Assembly: GCF_006345805.1 (NCBI RefSeq)
Contig: NC_042997.1
Span: 139,562,001 to 139,626,000 of the forward strand
From: Octopus sinensis
Lineage: Eukaryota
DNA: 64,000 bases
Reading direction: 5' to 3'
A program made the translations under genes and the position numbers. A model generated the notes under the pieces. That model had not been told where the DNA came from. It did not search any database and was given only the letters and a program-made list of their open reading frames with translations. The first letter of the stretch is position 1. Every line of letters begins with the position of its first letter. Shown here one piece after another: positions 13,761 to 28,461 of this stretch.

Positions 13761-15699
13761 TCCTCTCTTTTCTACTACCTTCTTGGCTCCTATCGCTCTG
13801 ATTCCCTTCTTTTACACTCCCTTTTATTCTCCTATTGCTCTGATTCTCTCTCATCACTCTCTCTTCTATAACTCTCTCAGTCATATTGCTTCTATGCAAT
13901 CTCCTTGCCAACAATCAACATTACTCTCTTGTCCATCCTCTTATTACACTGATTCTCTTCTTTTATTTTTTCTTCTGTCACCCTCTCCTTGTGGTTTTCT
14001 CCTCACTAATAGATGAAAAGAAACAACGCAGGGCCAAGAAGAGCCTCTTTAGTCTTTCTGGGAGTCAAACCTCTCCAGGGTCAGTGAGTAAACAAGTGGG
14101 GACAATAAAGTAGGACCTTTAGTCTTGCAAGGGGTAAGACAACCTCTCTAGTACTGATCTCACTTTGTAAAGTGGTTAGCAACAGGAAGAGCATCCAGCT
14201 GTAGAAATTTTATCAAAAATATCAAATATATTAGTGAGACATGGTCTCTACTCTATTTAAAGGAGTAGTAACTCAAAATATAAACTTAGACAGTAATGAC
14301 CCCACTAACCCAGGCCAGGATGGCAAAATGGACTTAAAATGGTGGGAGGAGGAGGTTGTTGACTTACTTAATAGGTAGAAAATAAAGTGTTACTGTAGCC
14401 ATTCATTCAATTTTTCTGATTCACATTCTACTCTTGTTCCATAATCCTTCTCTGATTGGTGAATCAACACCCATTTAGGTTACTTCTTTGGGACTTTTAC
14501 AACCCAAACTAATCACTTTCCTTCAAGACTGGGGAAAAACTGTGACAATTCCATTAAGATTGAATATTTGGAATAATAACCACCCAACTGCTCTTCCCTT
14601 AGTTCCCAATCTGATAATTAAGTAAGCTCGTTATCAACCTCATCTAATGCCCACTTTTCCAAATGAAGTATGTGTTTGAGGCAGATTTTCTACTGCTGAG
14701 TGTTCTATCACTCATTACTCTCTCTCTCTCTCTTTCACTCACTTTTTCAGTATATTGGGAATGAATGATTCAGCTTGTATGACAGTTCATGCAATCTCGT
14801 TACATGGAGAGAGTAATACACATGCACTCACACACATATAAACATGCATACAATGCAGACACACACACAGAGGACAGGCTTCTTTCAGTTTCTATCTACC
14901 AAATCCACTTAAAATGCTTTGGGTAATCCAGGGCTATTGTAAAAGACACTCAAACAAAATACCATGCAATAAGACTGAACCCAGAACCATGTGGTCGGAA
15001 ACAGGCTTCTTACCACACAGCCACGCCTACACCTAAAATGAAACAAAATATGTTTAATGCTTTATTTGAAGATATGGCATAGCAACAGTAATGCCACAAA
15101 CTCAAAGCCAAACATTTTTTACTCAGATATTACTAATGTTCCAATTCCCCTGTCACACATCAACTAAATTATATAGCAAGGTATGTGATGCCAACAAAAC
15201 AGAATACCTAATAAGATAAGAGAGCAAATGATAAATAAGTTTTGCATCATCAACTGTGTATTTACATAATCAAATACCTATTTATCACCAGTGTTTACTT
15301 TTTTGGTGGGCAAATTAAATAATATTAGTTTTATATTTTTGGCACAAGGCCAGCAAGTTCGGGGAAGGGAGTAAGTCAATTACATTAATCCCAGTACTCA
15401 ACTGGTACTTATTTTATTGACCCTGAAAGGATAAAAAGCAAAATCAACCTCAGCAGAATTTGAACTCAGAACATAAAGACGAACAAAAAGCTTGGTATGC
15501 TAACAATTCTGCTTGAAAAATTAAATAATATTAGAAACCATTAGTAGTTTTTTTTTCTAATATTTTGCAATATCAGGTTATATCAATGTTTTCCATGTAA
15601 AATAGTTAACAAAATTGTTTTGTATCAAAACAACAAATCGAAAGCTAGATAAAATATTGATAACAATATAATTGTGACTGACAGACAGAATACAGTGAC

Positions 15700-15732
<33 letters not shown>

Positions 15733-15843
15733 CTATGTATGTGAGAGTCCTCAACCGATGTTAGGCGATAATCCAAAAAGGCCGTATTAGCTCTTAGTTG
15801 AGAATAACGTCTCTTTCTTTCTTTTGTTATCTTACCGTTTTAT

Positions 15844-15889
<46 letters not shown>

Positions 15890-16095
15890 ACATACACACA
15901 TACATACATACATATATATGACAAACTAACTGTTACTTTCTCAGATGCAGCACGGATTTTTGTCAGTGAACAGGTCACGGATTTTAGCAACGAAAATATT
16001 TTGGCAAATTAAACTTAAATGTTGAAGTGAATCGAACGGCTTTTGTGTGTTTCTTAAATGGCTTACAAACACCTTCCACACTGCAATTATATAGA

Positions 16096-16135
<40 letters not shown>

Positions 16136-16412
16136 CACACAGAATACATAGAGTACTTTGAAGTGCTTCCAATTTAAGCAGTATATAAAAACCAATGTTG
16201 TAACATCATGGTGATGAGCTTTTTGATAACACTGTAATCCAGCATTTTATAATCTTTTTGATTTTGTAGTACACTGGAGACCGTGAAAACAAAATTAACT
16301 GATGCACTTTACATAGAAAGACTTCAAAATCTATGTTAATATGATCAAGTTTTTAAAAAATTGGGAAAAATATAAAAAATTATGTTTACTTTGTATTGTT
16401 TATTAATCATAA

Positions 16413-16805
16413 TCTCTATATTTATTAAAGCTGAAGTTGTCTGTGTATGGCAGGTATGGTAGCCTTCAACTAACACTATTTCCTCCAAGACCCTGCACTG
16501 CAAGTTGACCAAAATTGAGAATATGATAGAAGAAGGCTTGCTCTTCCTTCCGTAGAAGAAAAAATTCAAATCGGACCATGTTAACACCAAAAATTATTTA
16601 CATAAAAAAGATGCTTTTTTCTATGAAAATCCTTATTTTTTACGATTTTTTTTACTGCTGTGTCGCCATTTTGCGGTGTATTTCAACCAGTAAAATAGTC
16701 ACTTAAAGAGAATAACCAGCTACATAATGCAAAATTTTTACTTTTCAAAAATTCCAATTCTAAAGGGTTAAAACAAACCCGAGCAATGCTGAGCGATACT
16801 GCTAG
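16413..16805 (+). mobile_element. Non-autonomous Helitron
   Basis: 5' TC (tctctatatttattaaagctgaagttgtctgtg), 3' cccgagcaatgctgagcgatactgCTAG, inserted between A and T with no TSD. Confidence 0.75.
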
Positions 16806-18472
16806 TTGTGGATAAATATCAAAATTATAAATAACATATTTTTCAAGGCACTTAGACATTAATATCGATTTCCTAAAGTTTTAAATTATATTTTTTTAAA
16901 TCTTCAACTACACCCAGAAAATCCATGTGGCACTGTAGTGTTCTGTATGAGAATCACAGCTGCAAATCTGTTTACAGGATTCTTGAATTAATCATCACAT
17001 CTATTTTTAGCAAATTATTATAACCCTTACAAGTGATATCTATTCAATGTCAGGATGCTGACTTCTCTTTGGATAAAAATGTATAGCTCTTTAGCACTTA
17101 AACTAGCTATATCCAGCCCAAATATTCTAACTGTTTTATGTTCAAACTGGCCAAGATCTGGCTTCTCTCACCTACCCCACAACATCTTTCTAAAAATAAA
17201 CAATAACATCATCACAATTTCAAAGCTATGAAATAAAGCATAATTAATTCAAAACAATGTGAATAAATAAGAATTTCTTTTGACACAATAATCTGAATGC
17301 TAAAGGGATGGACTAATATCCATAAGTATTTAGTCTCACAGTGAAATTAGGACCTTTTTTTCTTTGCAAGGGATGGGGTCGTTTTTTGTTTGTTTTGGGG
17401 GGTTTTTTGGATAGTGGCTGTTAGGTTCAAATAAGAATCAAATTGACTAATTTCACCATCCTTCACATCCTTTATCTCTCCCTTCCAAGCTACTGTAAGT
17501 CAGTAAGTGGAGAGCTACTTATATCAATGTAAACAAGACAGACCCAGATGAGACAGACACCCTACTGAATAAAATGATACATTTAGCTGATAAATTTGTA
17601 ACAAATATGACTTCTTTACAGCAGCACAATTTTTAAAGCAGGACAAAATCAAATGAATCATGTTAATCATATCAATACAGAACAATAAATTTATAATCTA
17701 GTAACTGATCCTCTGTGCTTTTAAATTTTGTGATCCACAGTAAAGTGAGTCATATCTAAACATTGCTGAGACCGTGCAGAAGTAGAGTACTTTTTTTTAG
17801 AAAAGAAAGTCAAAAATCATTGTGGTGGTTTAGGTATCATTGAAAATGAGACTTCCAGAATAAGACACTGAAAATGAAGAGCCCAAGTACACATAGTAAT
17901 AGGGTTCTTAAGAAATGCTTGTATGAGGAAAGAAGAAATGTTTATTTTTGAGAAGAGACTTCAAGCTAAGTGAAATCATCATCATAGCCAGTGCCATGAC
18001 ATGTAAAATGTATCCATGCTGGTGACACATAAAAGACATCCAGTACACTCTGTGGAGTGGTTGGCATTAGGAAGAACATCCAGCCAAAACAGACTGGAGC
18101 TTGGTGCAGCTCTCTAGTTTACCAGCTCCAGTCAAGCTATCTTACCCATGCCAGCATGGAAAACAGATGCTAAATAACGATGATGTTGAACATTTACATT
18201 CTAAGTATTTTATATATTTTATAATATAGCTACAGAGAAATATATTAGAGAAGACACTTCACTGTTCTGTTAAATATAGATATTTGGCTCTAATGAAAAA
18301 TAGCTCACTTTTAGCCATGTGTGCATATGTATGTGCGTATGAATGCATACATGTGTGCCTAAGTGTATGTGTATGTTTTGTATTTGCAAGTGCTGTGTCC
18401 ATGCATGCACCAATGTGTACATAATGTAAACTCATATTTATACTCATATATAAAATGAATCAAGTGCTTTAC

Positions 18473-18545
18473 CTGTATTTGTGAAACTGAGCCAAAGTTT
18501 GTTGGCAATGGACCTCATACATTCCACATACTTCCCATAGGCTTC
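18473..18545 (-). CDS. VPS9D1: VPS9D1-like exon 2 (EAYGKYVECMRSIANKLWLSFTNT)
   Basis: Acceptor tcttttcatttcag, donor CAG|gtaaag; 73 nt, phase 0 in and 1 out. Resembles the VPS9D1 motif EAYTEYLRSIHYI. Confidence 0.85.
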
Positions 18546-18986
18546 CTGAAATGAAAAGACGTTAGGGAATAATAAACTCATTAATAAACGACTAAAGTGA
18601 AATTAATTACTATTTACCCTTTTTTTTATTTTATTTTCCTTCCAGACAAACAAAAAGAAAACTATACACACATCCCTGCCAAAATAGCTGAAACTTCAAC
18701 TGTCTCCCTAAAACCAACCACCTTACAAGTCTTTATTGAAATTGCAATATTTCCAGTGGCTACCTCACTGGTAGCAAAGTAATCTATCACTGTCTTCTCT
18801 TTCAGTGAAAGTGCACTAAATCAAAAAGGTTATACTACGATAATCAATTCAGTTACCATACTGATGTTAGTTTTGTTTTATCAGAGTGAGCTGATTAAAG
18901 ATATTCGGCAACAATTAAACAAAAAAATGTCTGTTTTTATTAATTTGTCTATGATGTACCAATTTTGATTATGTTAAAGATGATAA

Positions 18987-19980
18987 CATCATCATCATCA
19001 TTTAACGTCCGCTTTCCATGCTAGCATGGGTTGGACGGTTCAACTGGGGTCTGGGGAGCCCGAAGGCTGCACCAGGCCAGTCAGATCTGGCAGTGTTTCT
19101 ACAGCTGGATGCCCTTCCTAATGCCAACCACTCCGAGAGTGTAGTGGGTGATTTTATGTGCCGCCGACACAGGTGCCAGACGAGGCTGGCGAACGGCCAC
19201 GCTCGGATGGTGTTTTTATGTGCCACCGACACAGGTGCCAGACGAGGCTGACGAACGGCCACGATCGGATGGTGTTTCTTACGTGCCCACAACACGGAGG
19301 CCAGTCGATGCGGTACTGGCTACGGCCATGTTCGGATGGTTTTCTTGTGTGCCACAGGCACTGGTACCACAAAGATACAAATTCCATTGATGTTCATCTA
19401 TTTTGATTTGATTTGATTTGATTTTCACTTGCCTCAACAGGTCTTCACAAGTGTCACAAGAAGGAAGGAAGGTATGCACAGGTGAACTGACAACGTCCCA
19501 GGTAGGGGCCACGGGTTATGGCCTGACTAGTCTTGCCGGGTCTTCGGATGATGTTTTTATGTGTCTCCGACACAGGTGCCAGATGGATGGTGTTTGTTAC
19601 GTGCCCACAGCACGGAGGCCAGTCGATGCGGTACTGGCTACGGCCACGTTCGGATGGTTTTCTTGTGTGCCACCGGCACTGGTACCACAAAGATACAAAT
19701 TCCATTGATGTTCATCTATTTTGATTTGATTTGATTTGATTTGATCACTTGTCTCAACAGGTCTTCACAAGTGTCACAAGAAGGAAGGTATGCACAGGTG
19801 AACTGACTACGTCCCAAGTAGAGGCCACGGGTTATGGCCTGACTAGTCTTGCCGGGTCTTCGGATGGTGCTTTTATGTGCCACCGACACAGGTGCCAGAT
19901 GAGGCTGGCGAACGGCCACGATCGGATGGTGTTTGTTATGAGCCCACAGCACAGAGGCCAGTCGATGCGGTACTGGCTAA
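18987..19980 (-). mobile_element. Retroposon with (GAT)n tail and internal tandem duplications; relatives at about 9835-10185, 17975-18185, 20840-21240 and 24880-25345
   Basis: The minus-strand 3' end reads ccaacccatgctagcatggaaagcggacgttaaa(tga)n. It contains units of about 62 bp and a duplicated block of about 320 bp (19267-19583 / 19584-19900). Confidence 0.75.
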
Positions 19981-21714
19981 ATAAAACAAATCAAAAATTA
20001 CCAAAGAAATAACAAAAAAGAGTTTATAATTTATATTTGATTTCAATTTATAAACTATTCAATATAGAAAGTATTTTATTTTCACTCTATACCCCTTCGT
20101 GTAATGTGTGTGTGTGTGTGTGTATGTATGTGTAAAACAGTATTTCACTGTTCTCAAGTAAATGGGAACCTTTCTGTTAAAGCTGAATTGTTTATTGAAG
20201 AGATAATTGTGAAATAATACAGAATTAATGATGTCAATATTATAGGTAATCTGAAGGCAGCAAGCTGCAGCATCCTTATCACACCAGGCAAAATGCTTAG
20301 CAGCACTTCATCCAGCTTTACATTCTGAGTTCAAATTCCATTGAGGTCAACTTTGCCTTTCGGGGTTAATAGAATAAGTACCAGTGGAGCTCTGGGATTA
20401 TTATAATCGACTTACAACCTGCCCTGAAATTTCAGGACTTGTGCCAACAGCAGAAAGGAATATTATAGATAATCTCACTATAAAAATCAGTATTATTTTT
20501 CTAATGTTATGATGATTTGTAAAAATCATTAGGGCATCAAAGAAAAGTATGTTGTGGTTTTTGATCAGAATCTTTATACACTGAATTCAAATTACACTAT
20601 GATCAACTTTACCTTTCATCCTTTCAGTATCAATAAAATAAGATACTAGTTACCTACTAGGGTCAATACCAAATAACCCCTCCTCTCAAAAACTAATTTG
20701 GAAACCATTAATATCAATATAGTAAGGGTGGTGGATTGGTAAAACCACTGGAGCACTAAAGAAAATGTCTTGCACAATCTGTTTTGGCTCTTTTGAATTC
20801 CACTGAAGTCAACTTTACCTTTCAGCCTTCTGGAAACATCATTATATTTTTAGTGTCCATTTTCCATACTAGCATGGCTAAAATGGTTTGACTGGAGCTG
20901 GTAAACCAGTGAACTGCACCAGGTTCCAGTCTGTTTTGACTTGGTTTCTTTGGCTGGATGCCCTTCCTAGTGTCAAGCGCCACAGAGTGTATTGGATGCA
21001 TTTTACATGTCACCAGCATGGGTGCCAATTACATGTCACTGGCACAGGTGCCTTTCATGTGTCATCAGCACAGGCCACAATTATGATTTCATTTAACTTG
21101 ATGTGTCTTCTCAAACACAGCAAATTGCCAAAAATCTCAATCACTTGTCATCACTTCTGTGAGACTCAACAACTGAAGATCATATTTCACCACCTCATCC
21201 CATGTCTTCCTGGGTCTATTCTTCCACAGGTTCCATCTAATAAAAAAAAAGTACCAGTCAAGTACTGAGGTCAATCTAATCAACTCCCAAATTTCTGGCC
21301 TAGTGCCTATGTTAGAAACAGTTAACATATTAAGTAAATATTATCGTGTTGAATACTAAACATAGGAGTCAGCTCTTAGTGAACTGAATCAACATCAACA
21401 AGGTGATTTCAATTCCTAATCATAGCCATTTAGCATAACCCATTGATGTCCTGAAAGACAATGTTACAACAGTCCACTTCAGCATTCCTAAACATATGAT
21501 TCCTTTTTAAGAAGAAAATGAAGTGATTATTAGATTAGAAAATCAGTGGTGATTCTTGATACTCAAGCCTGGGCATGCAATTTTAATACAACAAAACCAT
21601 ATAATTGAAAGAAAGTACATATTGCATGTAAGTACCCTCTTACAAGCTATCTCATTTTTCTTTTTGCATTCATTTTTATATCTTAGGTATGCATTGCATT
21701 CATAGGGAAATACC

Positions 21715-21946
21715 TATTTCTTTATTACCCACAAGGGGCTAAACATAGAGGGGACAAACAAGGACAGACAAAGGTATTAAGTCGATTACATCGACCCCAG
21801 TGCGTAACTGGTACTTAATTTATCAACCCCGAAAGGATGGAAGGCAAAGTCGACCTCGGTGGAATTTGAACTCAGAACGTAACAGCAGACGAAATACTGC
21901 TAAGCATTTCGCCTGGCGTGCTAACGTTTCTGCCAGCTCACCGCCT
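21715..21946 (-). mobile_element. SINE family A; older related copies at about 4048-4268(+), 4318-4537(-), 15335-15510(-), 20254-20460(+) and 30838-31055(+)
   Basis: 16-bp TSD ttcatagggaaatacc at 21699-21714 and 21947-21962. Confidence 0.9.
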
Positions 21947-24900
21947 TTCATAGGGAAATACCACTGTGGGAACTTCTGTAACAGTATGAACAAGTTAGTT
22001 ATGTGGATCAGATATTTGGTTCTCTGCTCTTGGATATGGAGCTCAAATCTCATACATGTATCTTATTGTACTTCTGCACAAAGCCCATTATTTTATGTTG
22101 CCCCAGTTCACCTAGTTTTTGAATACAAGTAGTAGATCACCTAAGAATCTGCCTGAAATAGATCCTCATTTCATTCAAGGGGACATTCATCTTTCATCTA
22201 CTTCAGGTCATTCATGGACTTTATATACACAGCATAGCCAAATGGTTGGAAAGTTCATTTCACAATTACATAATCTTGGATTCAATCCCACTGCATGATG
22301 TCTTTGGACAAGTACTAGTTTTAACCATATCCCCAGTTTAACCCAAGTCTTGTGAGTGAAACTGAGTAGATAGAAACTATACAGAAGTTAGCTGAATACA
22401 TTGGCCTTGAAATTCAAAGGTTCAATTGTATCATACTGATTCTGTCTTGTGAGCAGAGTATTCAGCCACTTCCATATTAAGTCAAAAGTTGATTGAACAG
22501 CTGGATACTCACTCACTGTCAAACCTGAACAAAATCCATAATAACTTGGCCATGAACCCAAAGCAAAACAATAATTCTGCAAAGCACCTCCTCAGTACTA
22601 ACAAAACATTTATATTACATAACAACTGATACAAAGTAAAAGCAAGCCAAAACCCATGGTCTAGTTTCAATTCTTAATTGGAATCGTTTCATTTAAGCAG
22701 CTTTTAGCATTTCCAGCTCATAAAAATATCAAACCATTCGTCTATGTAAAAAATCTGTAAATGAGAGATCCATATGAACCTGGCAGACAAAAAGAAAATG
22801 AATTTCTTTCCTCATTATGAGTGAATAACTATCAAAAGTTGCAACATTGTTAAAATTTTTAAGTAAGAATTACAGATGTTTCCATTTTTTTTATTTGGGA
22901 GAGCAGGGTTATAAATGTAGGGTTTTGATTTATTGTTCTATTTGTGCTACACTGGTAACATCATTGATCTTAGAACAGATGATGTTGTTTCACTCCAGTG
23001 CATGTATACAAATAGAAATATGTCAAAAGCAACTCTCAGCTAATGGTAAACCAGAATGTGCCAACGGAGCAATTGGTCATATGGAGAATAATGGGAAATT
23101 GCTTATAATAGTGAAATAGTCCTAAATAAAGACAGGTCATACTACAATATCAGTTACATTCTCTCCATTCTGCACAAATACACTGTTTTGTACGGTTTAG
23201 TGCTTTTAGGACACGAATTTTCATTATTTGCTAAGCTTGTAATCAAGAATGCTACAGTGATCTAGTGGCACAAAAAATTGATATATTGACAAATACCACA
23301 CAGGAGATATAGACTGTAATTTAATTTCATTCCTTGTGCACCCAATGGAACATCAGATGACAAGAAATTTCCAACTAGCATGGCCACAACCCCTATCACA
23401 AATCTTCTTCCAAAATAGGCCCATATCTGCCAGGTCCTTCAAAACAGTTCTTAACTCAGCAGATCGGCTACATCTCCTACATTCACCACCACCACTTTCT
23501 GACTTCTACTCAAAACTGTCACTGGTGTCTTTGTAGGAATGCATAGCACACAACATCGTATCTTCCAACATCTTATGGCTAGAGTATCCCATAGATTACT
23601 CAACCAGCCTCTTTCCCTGATTTATGCATTCATGATATGGCCATGCCAAGAAATTCGTAGTACAACCCACCTTCCTGTTACGATACTGTGACTTTTTATA
23701 GGGCATGATTCTATAGATACAAAATTTGCTTTACAACAATATGGTTACAGGTTCTAACCTACTACATGACACTTTTGGTAAGTGTATTCTACAACCACAG
23801 GCTGGTCAATGCCTCATGAATGAAATTTATTAGAAAGAAACTGTACAGAAGCCTGTCTCACTCACACACACATATATATGTCCATTTTTCCATGTTAGCA
23901 TGGGTTAGACAGATATATCATTGAGGTGTTGTTTATACATCTGGATGTCCTTCTAATCACTGAAGGTGTAAAACCAGTGGATGATTTGCTGATGGGGTAA
24001 ATGCCAACAATATCACAGTAGTTTTCAGAAGTGTAAATGTAAACAAACACAGATACAACATACATGTACAAACACACACATTAATTCATTTATATATACA
24101 CATACACATAGACATACGTGTGTGTGTGTGTGTGTGTGTACATTCAAAAGACCCTGGTCAGCCTGATGGTATTGTAAGAGACATTTGCCCAAGATATTAC
24201 TCTGTAGGACTGAACCCAAAACCAAGTGGTTGGGAAGCAAACTTCTTACCCAAGCATCAAAGTGTGTGTGTGTCTGTCTCTGTGTGTGTGTGTGTGTTGA
24301 CTGAATTCTGCAAAGTTTCACACTGACTCCATATGATTTTGAACAACAGTGATGATTGTTTACATCTCCTGTAAAATATGTCCCACAGCTTATCGTTTTC
24401 ATCAATGAAGTTCAATGGAATCAACAAATTGTAAACTAAGTAAATGTAGGCAACTGGTAGAGCATCAAGCTTTAGAAAACCACCTCAATTACCATCCAAC
24501 TCATGCCATGGAAAAAGCAGGTTAATTACTCAATTAACTTGAGTAATTGATTTTTCAATACACAAAAGTTTTCACACTTACATGTGTGCTATGATGCATA
24601 ACTAATTGGTGATGCACTCATCACTAATTAAGCAAATACAGTGAAGTTTATGCTTTATTAATGAGGTATGATAAGACCAAAAAATATGTGGCACTGCCAC
24701 TAATAAAATATCAAACTCACTACCCACTCCATACTTCCATTCAATTTTTTAACAATTTAAATTCCAGAGTTACCTCCTTCACCTTAAATCATCACTAACA
24801 CTAATGATTATCCTTCCTCTTATAAGTATAATTTCAATTAATTAAGAATTATTTTTGGCTTACTACTTTGAGTAATTCATATGTGCGGCACATAAAAAGC

Positions 24901-27900
24901 ATCCTTTGAACATTGGGTGATATACTGTAGTTGAGAAGACCCATCAAGCCAAGTGAAATTTTATTTGCAGCCGATGCCAGTGTTGCATAACTAGCACCTG
25001 TACTGGTGGCATGTACAAAGCACCCTCCGATTGCTGGGCCTCACAGAGGCAATGACAAGTGACTGAGACCTTTGGCAATATACCATGCTTCAGCAGACCT
25101 GTCAAGCCAAGTGAGATCATAGTCGTGACCAATGTCAGTGTTATGTAACTGGTACCCGTGCTGGTGGCATGTAAAAAGCACCCACTACATTCTTGGAGTG
25201 GTTGGCATTAGGAAGAGCATCCAACTGTAGAAACCATGTCAAATGAAACTGAAAGCTGGTGCAGCTCCCCAGAATACAAGTTTTCAGTCAGACCATCCAT
25301 CCCATGCCAGCATGGAAAACAGACATTAAATGATGATGATGATATATATATGACCTTGAGAAACATGTAATTTGTGGAAAAGCGCAGAGTGATGCATTAA
25401 AATATTTATAAATTCCATCCAAGGATTATTATTATTATTACTACTACAACATTATATCCTACAACTGGCACAGCCAGTTGGCATCATTAGGTTTTAGCCA
25501 GCATATTAGAATAGGATCTTTTATACACATATTCAAAACATTTCCTGTAAATGAACTGAAAGGATATATATTTTCATATATATACATATATTCTTCTTGC
25601 AGAAGGCATCACTGGAAAATTTTCTAATACCTTCCAATGGAGTGAATGATTTTCACACAAAGTCTATATCATTTCATTCATTTTAAATTTGAAAGTTTAT
25701 GTTAGACTATACTTCACTGAAGTGATTTAACAGAACCAAAACCCATCCAGAGTTGCCACTATAAATATCAAAAATAAAACTCTTCCCACTGTGTATTGCT
25801 ATTTAATTTTTAATCAATTTAAATTTCAGGGTTCTCTCCCTCATCTTCTTTCACAAGAATTGTCATTAATGCTAATTATTTCCTTTTCTTATATTCATTT
25901 TGGTTCATTACATTAATTATGAAATAGTTTGCTGGAGAACTAGGGAATTTAATTTCTTGACTTTAAAATGATTAGCACAGAATCGCTTTCCCATTCAAGA
26001 GAATTTTTATTGATATTATTTTTAATCATTGCATGAAATAGTTATTGAGTGTAAGTAGTAACACATGAATATTTATATTGAATTCTTTGAGTAAGAGTTT
26101 TACAATTGAAAGCCCTTGTCTAACTCTTCAACTAACTGCCATGATAAGTTTACTACATATTTTTCATTAGTTGGATAGAGTCGAGAAGGGCAAAAATTTT
26201 AAACAATGAATGTTAAACACATAACTGTGAATTCACACACATATCTTTACTTGTTTCAGTCATTAGACTACAGCCATTCTGGGGTACTGCCTTGAAGGGG
26301 ACTTTTTCTTTTTAGTTGAACAAATCAACCTCCAGTAATTTTTAAAGCCTGATACTTCTATCAGTGTCTTTTGGAGAACTGCTAAGTTATGAGGACATAA
26401 ACAAACCAACACTGGTTGTCAAGTAGTGGTGGTATTGCACAAACACAAAAAACACACACAAAGATATATGACAAGCTTGTTTCAGTTTCAGTCAACTAAA
26501 TCTACTCATAAAGCTTTGGTCAGCCTGGGGCTATAGTAGGAGACACCTGCCCAAGGTGCCATGTGGTGAGACTGAACCTAGAACCATGTGGTTGTGAGGC
26601 AAACTTCTAATTACATAGCCACACCTATATAGCTCAGTCCAAGCCCCATGCTACCTGTCTTTACCAGGGGTCTGGCAAGCAGGTGTGTGATTTACCTACA
26701 TGGAAGTTAGTCCTCAAAAAACATTTTGCTTATGCTTGGATTCTCAGATTAAAAATTACTTATTCTCAGAATTCAAAATGTTATATAAGAAAAGTTTATT
26801 GTTTCTCTACTTTATTTCTTATAAATATTGCATGCTCTTTATGGAAAATTTGGTTACAAAAATTCTTATTACAAGCACTTACACCAATAATCTGAAGGTT
26901 GTCTCAGTTTATATTTATATATACTGAATATTATGCATATATGCGTAAAAGTGATACACTTTTCCAGAATTTTTTGACTCGGGTCCAGTAGAACATTCCA
27001 ATTAAAATTCTGAAAGCAAGGACAGGATAGAATGTGATGGCGTGAAGTCATATAATGCATAATGAAGTCATATAATGCATAATGAAGTCAAACCAAATAT
27101 TGATATTTTGAATCTATTTAACACGCAGATTTCTGTTAATTTCTCTTTCTCTCATTCACTCACACACACACGGGGATGAGAGATGTTCTAAGATTTGACA
27201 GTAACGATTAGGGAAATTGTGACACGCAGAACTTTCTGAAAGACACGCCAACGGAGATTATTTTGTTTGTTGTTGTTGGGTTTTTTTTGTTTGTTTGTTT
27301 GTTTTTTCATAGTAGTACGGCCTGTCTGATGATGGACCATGTTTTATGCGGTCCACTTCTCGAAAAAGGCTGCCCGTACTTGAATTAGAATACGACTGAA
27401 ACATCAAGACATGCCACCATACTGTTGGAGACGAGGTACTCTCATTTCATATGGCGTAATCAATGTTTGAACATTTCACATGTCATTCTGAACAAAATTC
27501 AATGACAAGCGTTAATTAAGCTGCTAGTATAAAATAAAGCTTAATCTAGCTAATAAATAACCTGAATATTGATTTCTTCATTTCAACACGAGGTTGTTTT
27601 CTGTAAAGAGGAAGAGTAGGTATTATAATCAATATTAGTATATTGCTAACGTTTGTTTAAATCAGCCCAACAGAGATGAAAATTAATAATGTCAGCATCA
27701 TAACAGGTTAATATAAACGCACATATATACATGCTAGCTTACATGTACAAAGACATAGATACGCGTATATAGCCACAGTCCTTTGAATGTGTATGAGTGT
27801 CAAGTTGGTTCAATTACAGGTACATATTGGATTTGTAGATGAGGAAGAAACTAAAATATAGTCGATCTTAACTAAACTTCAATCCTTGAATCCGTCCAAA

Positions 27901-28057
27901 ACATTGAACCTCCATGCTCAGATCTTGAAAATAGAAAATATGAGTGGATATTTAACACCCTAACCTCATTGATGATGCCGGAGAGATTTTGTCAGACTGA
28001 GTCCTGAAACTTTTTCTTTACATACAACTAACGTACACAAACAAATAATGGCACTTA

Positions 28058-28191
28058 ACTTAAATACAGAGGTCCCGACGCATCTACGTAGCGATATGTT
28101 TTTACAGTTCATACTCGTTAGGGGGGTTAGGTTTAGGGTTGGTTTTGAGGGTTCGGGTTACGTAGATGCGTCGGGACCTCTGTATTTAAGT
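28058..28191. mobile_element. Small MITE-like hairpin with perfect 33-bp inverted arms and a telomere-like spacer
   Basis: acttaaatacagaggtcccgacgcatctacgta (28058-28090) is the exact reverse complement of 28159-28191. The spacer contains ttaggggggttaggtttagggttgg. Confidence 0.75.
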
Positions 28192-28461
28192 AGTACCCAA
28201 ATTATACCTACGTGCTGAGAGAAACACATGCGTATTTACTTCTGTATCAATGATCGCACTTAATAAATGTCTGATGGGTTCTATTAAATTTGGCTGTTTA
28301 ATATTACCATTCTTTGTTAAAATAAGTAACCAGCATATACAAACACTAATAAACATGTACATATTCAATCTAACCAAATATATGAGTGTCATGCAATAAT
28401 TACAGGTTTTTTGGGGTGTTTTTTCCCTCATATTAACCCCTATGTTACACATTTTACTTAC

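Noticed and set aside
27043-27090. 20-bp tandem duplication tgaagtcatataatgcataa
   Set aside because: Ordinary slippage duplication in an intron.
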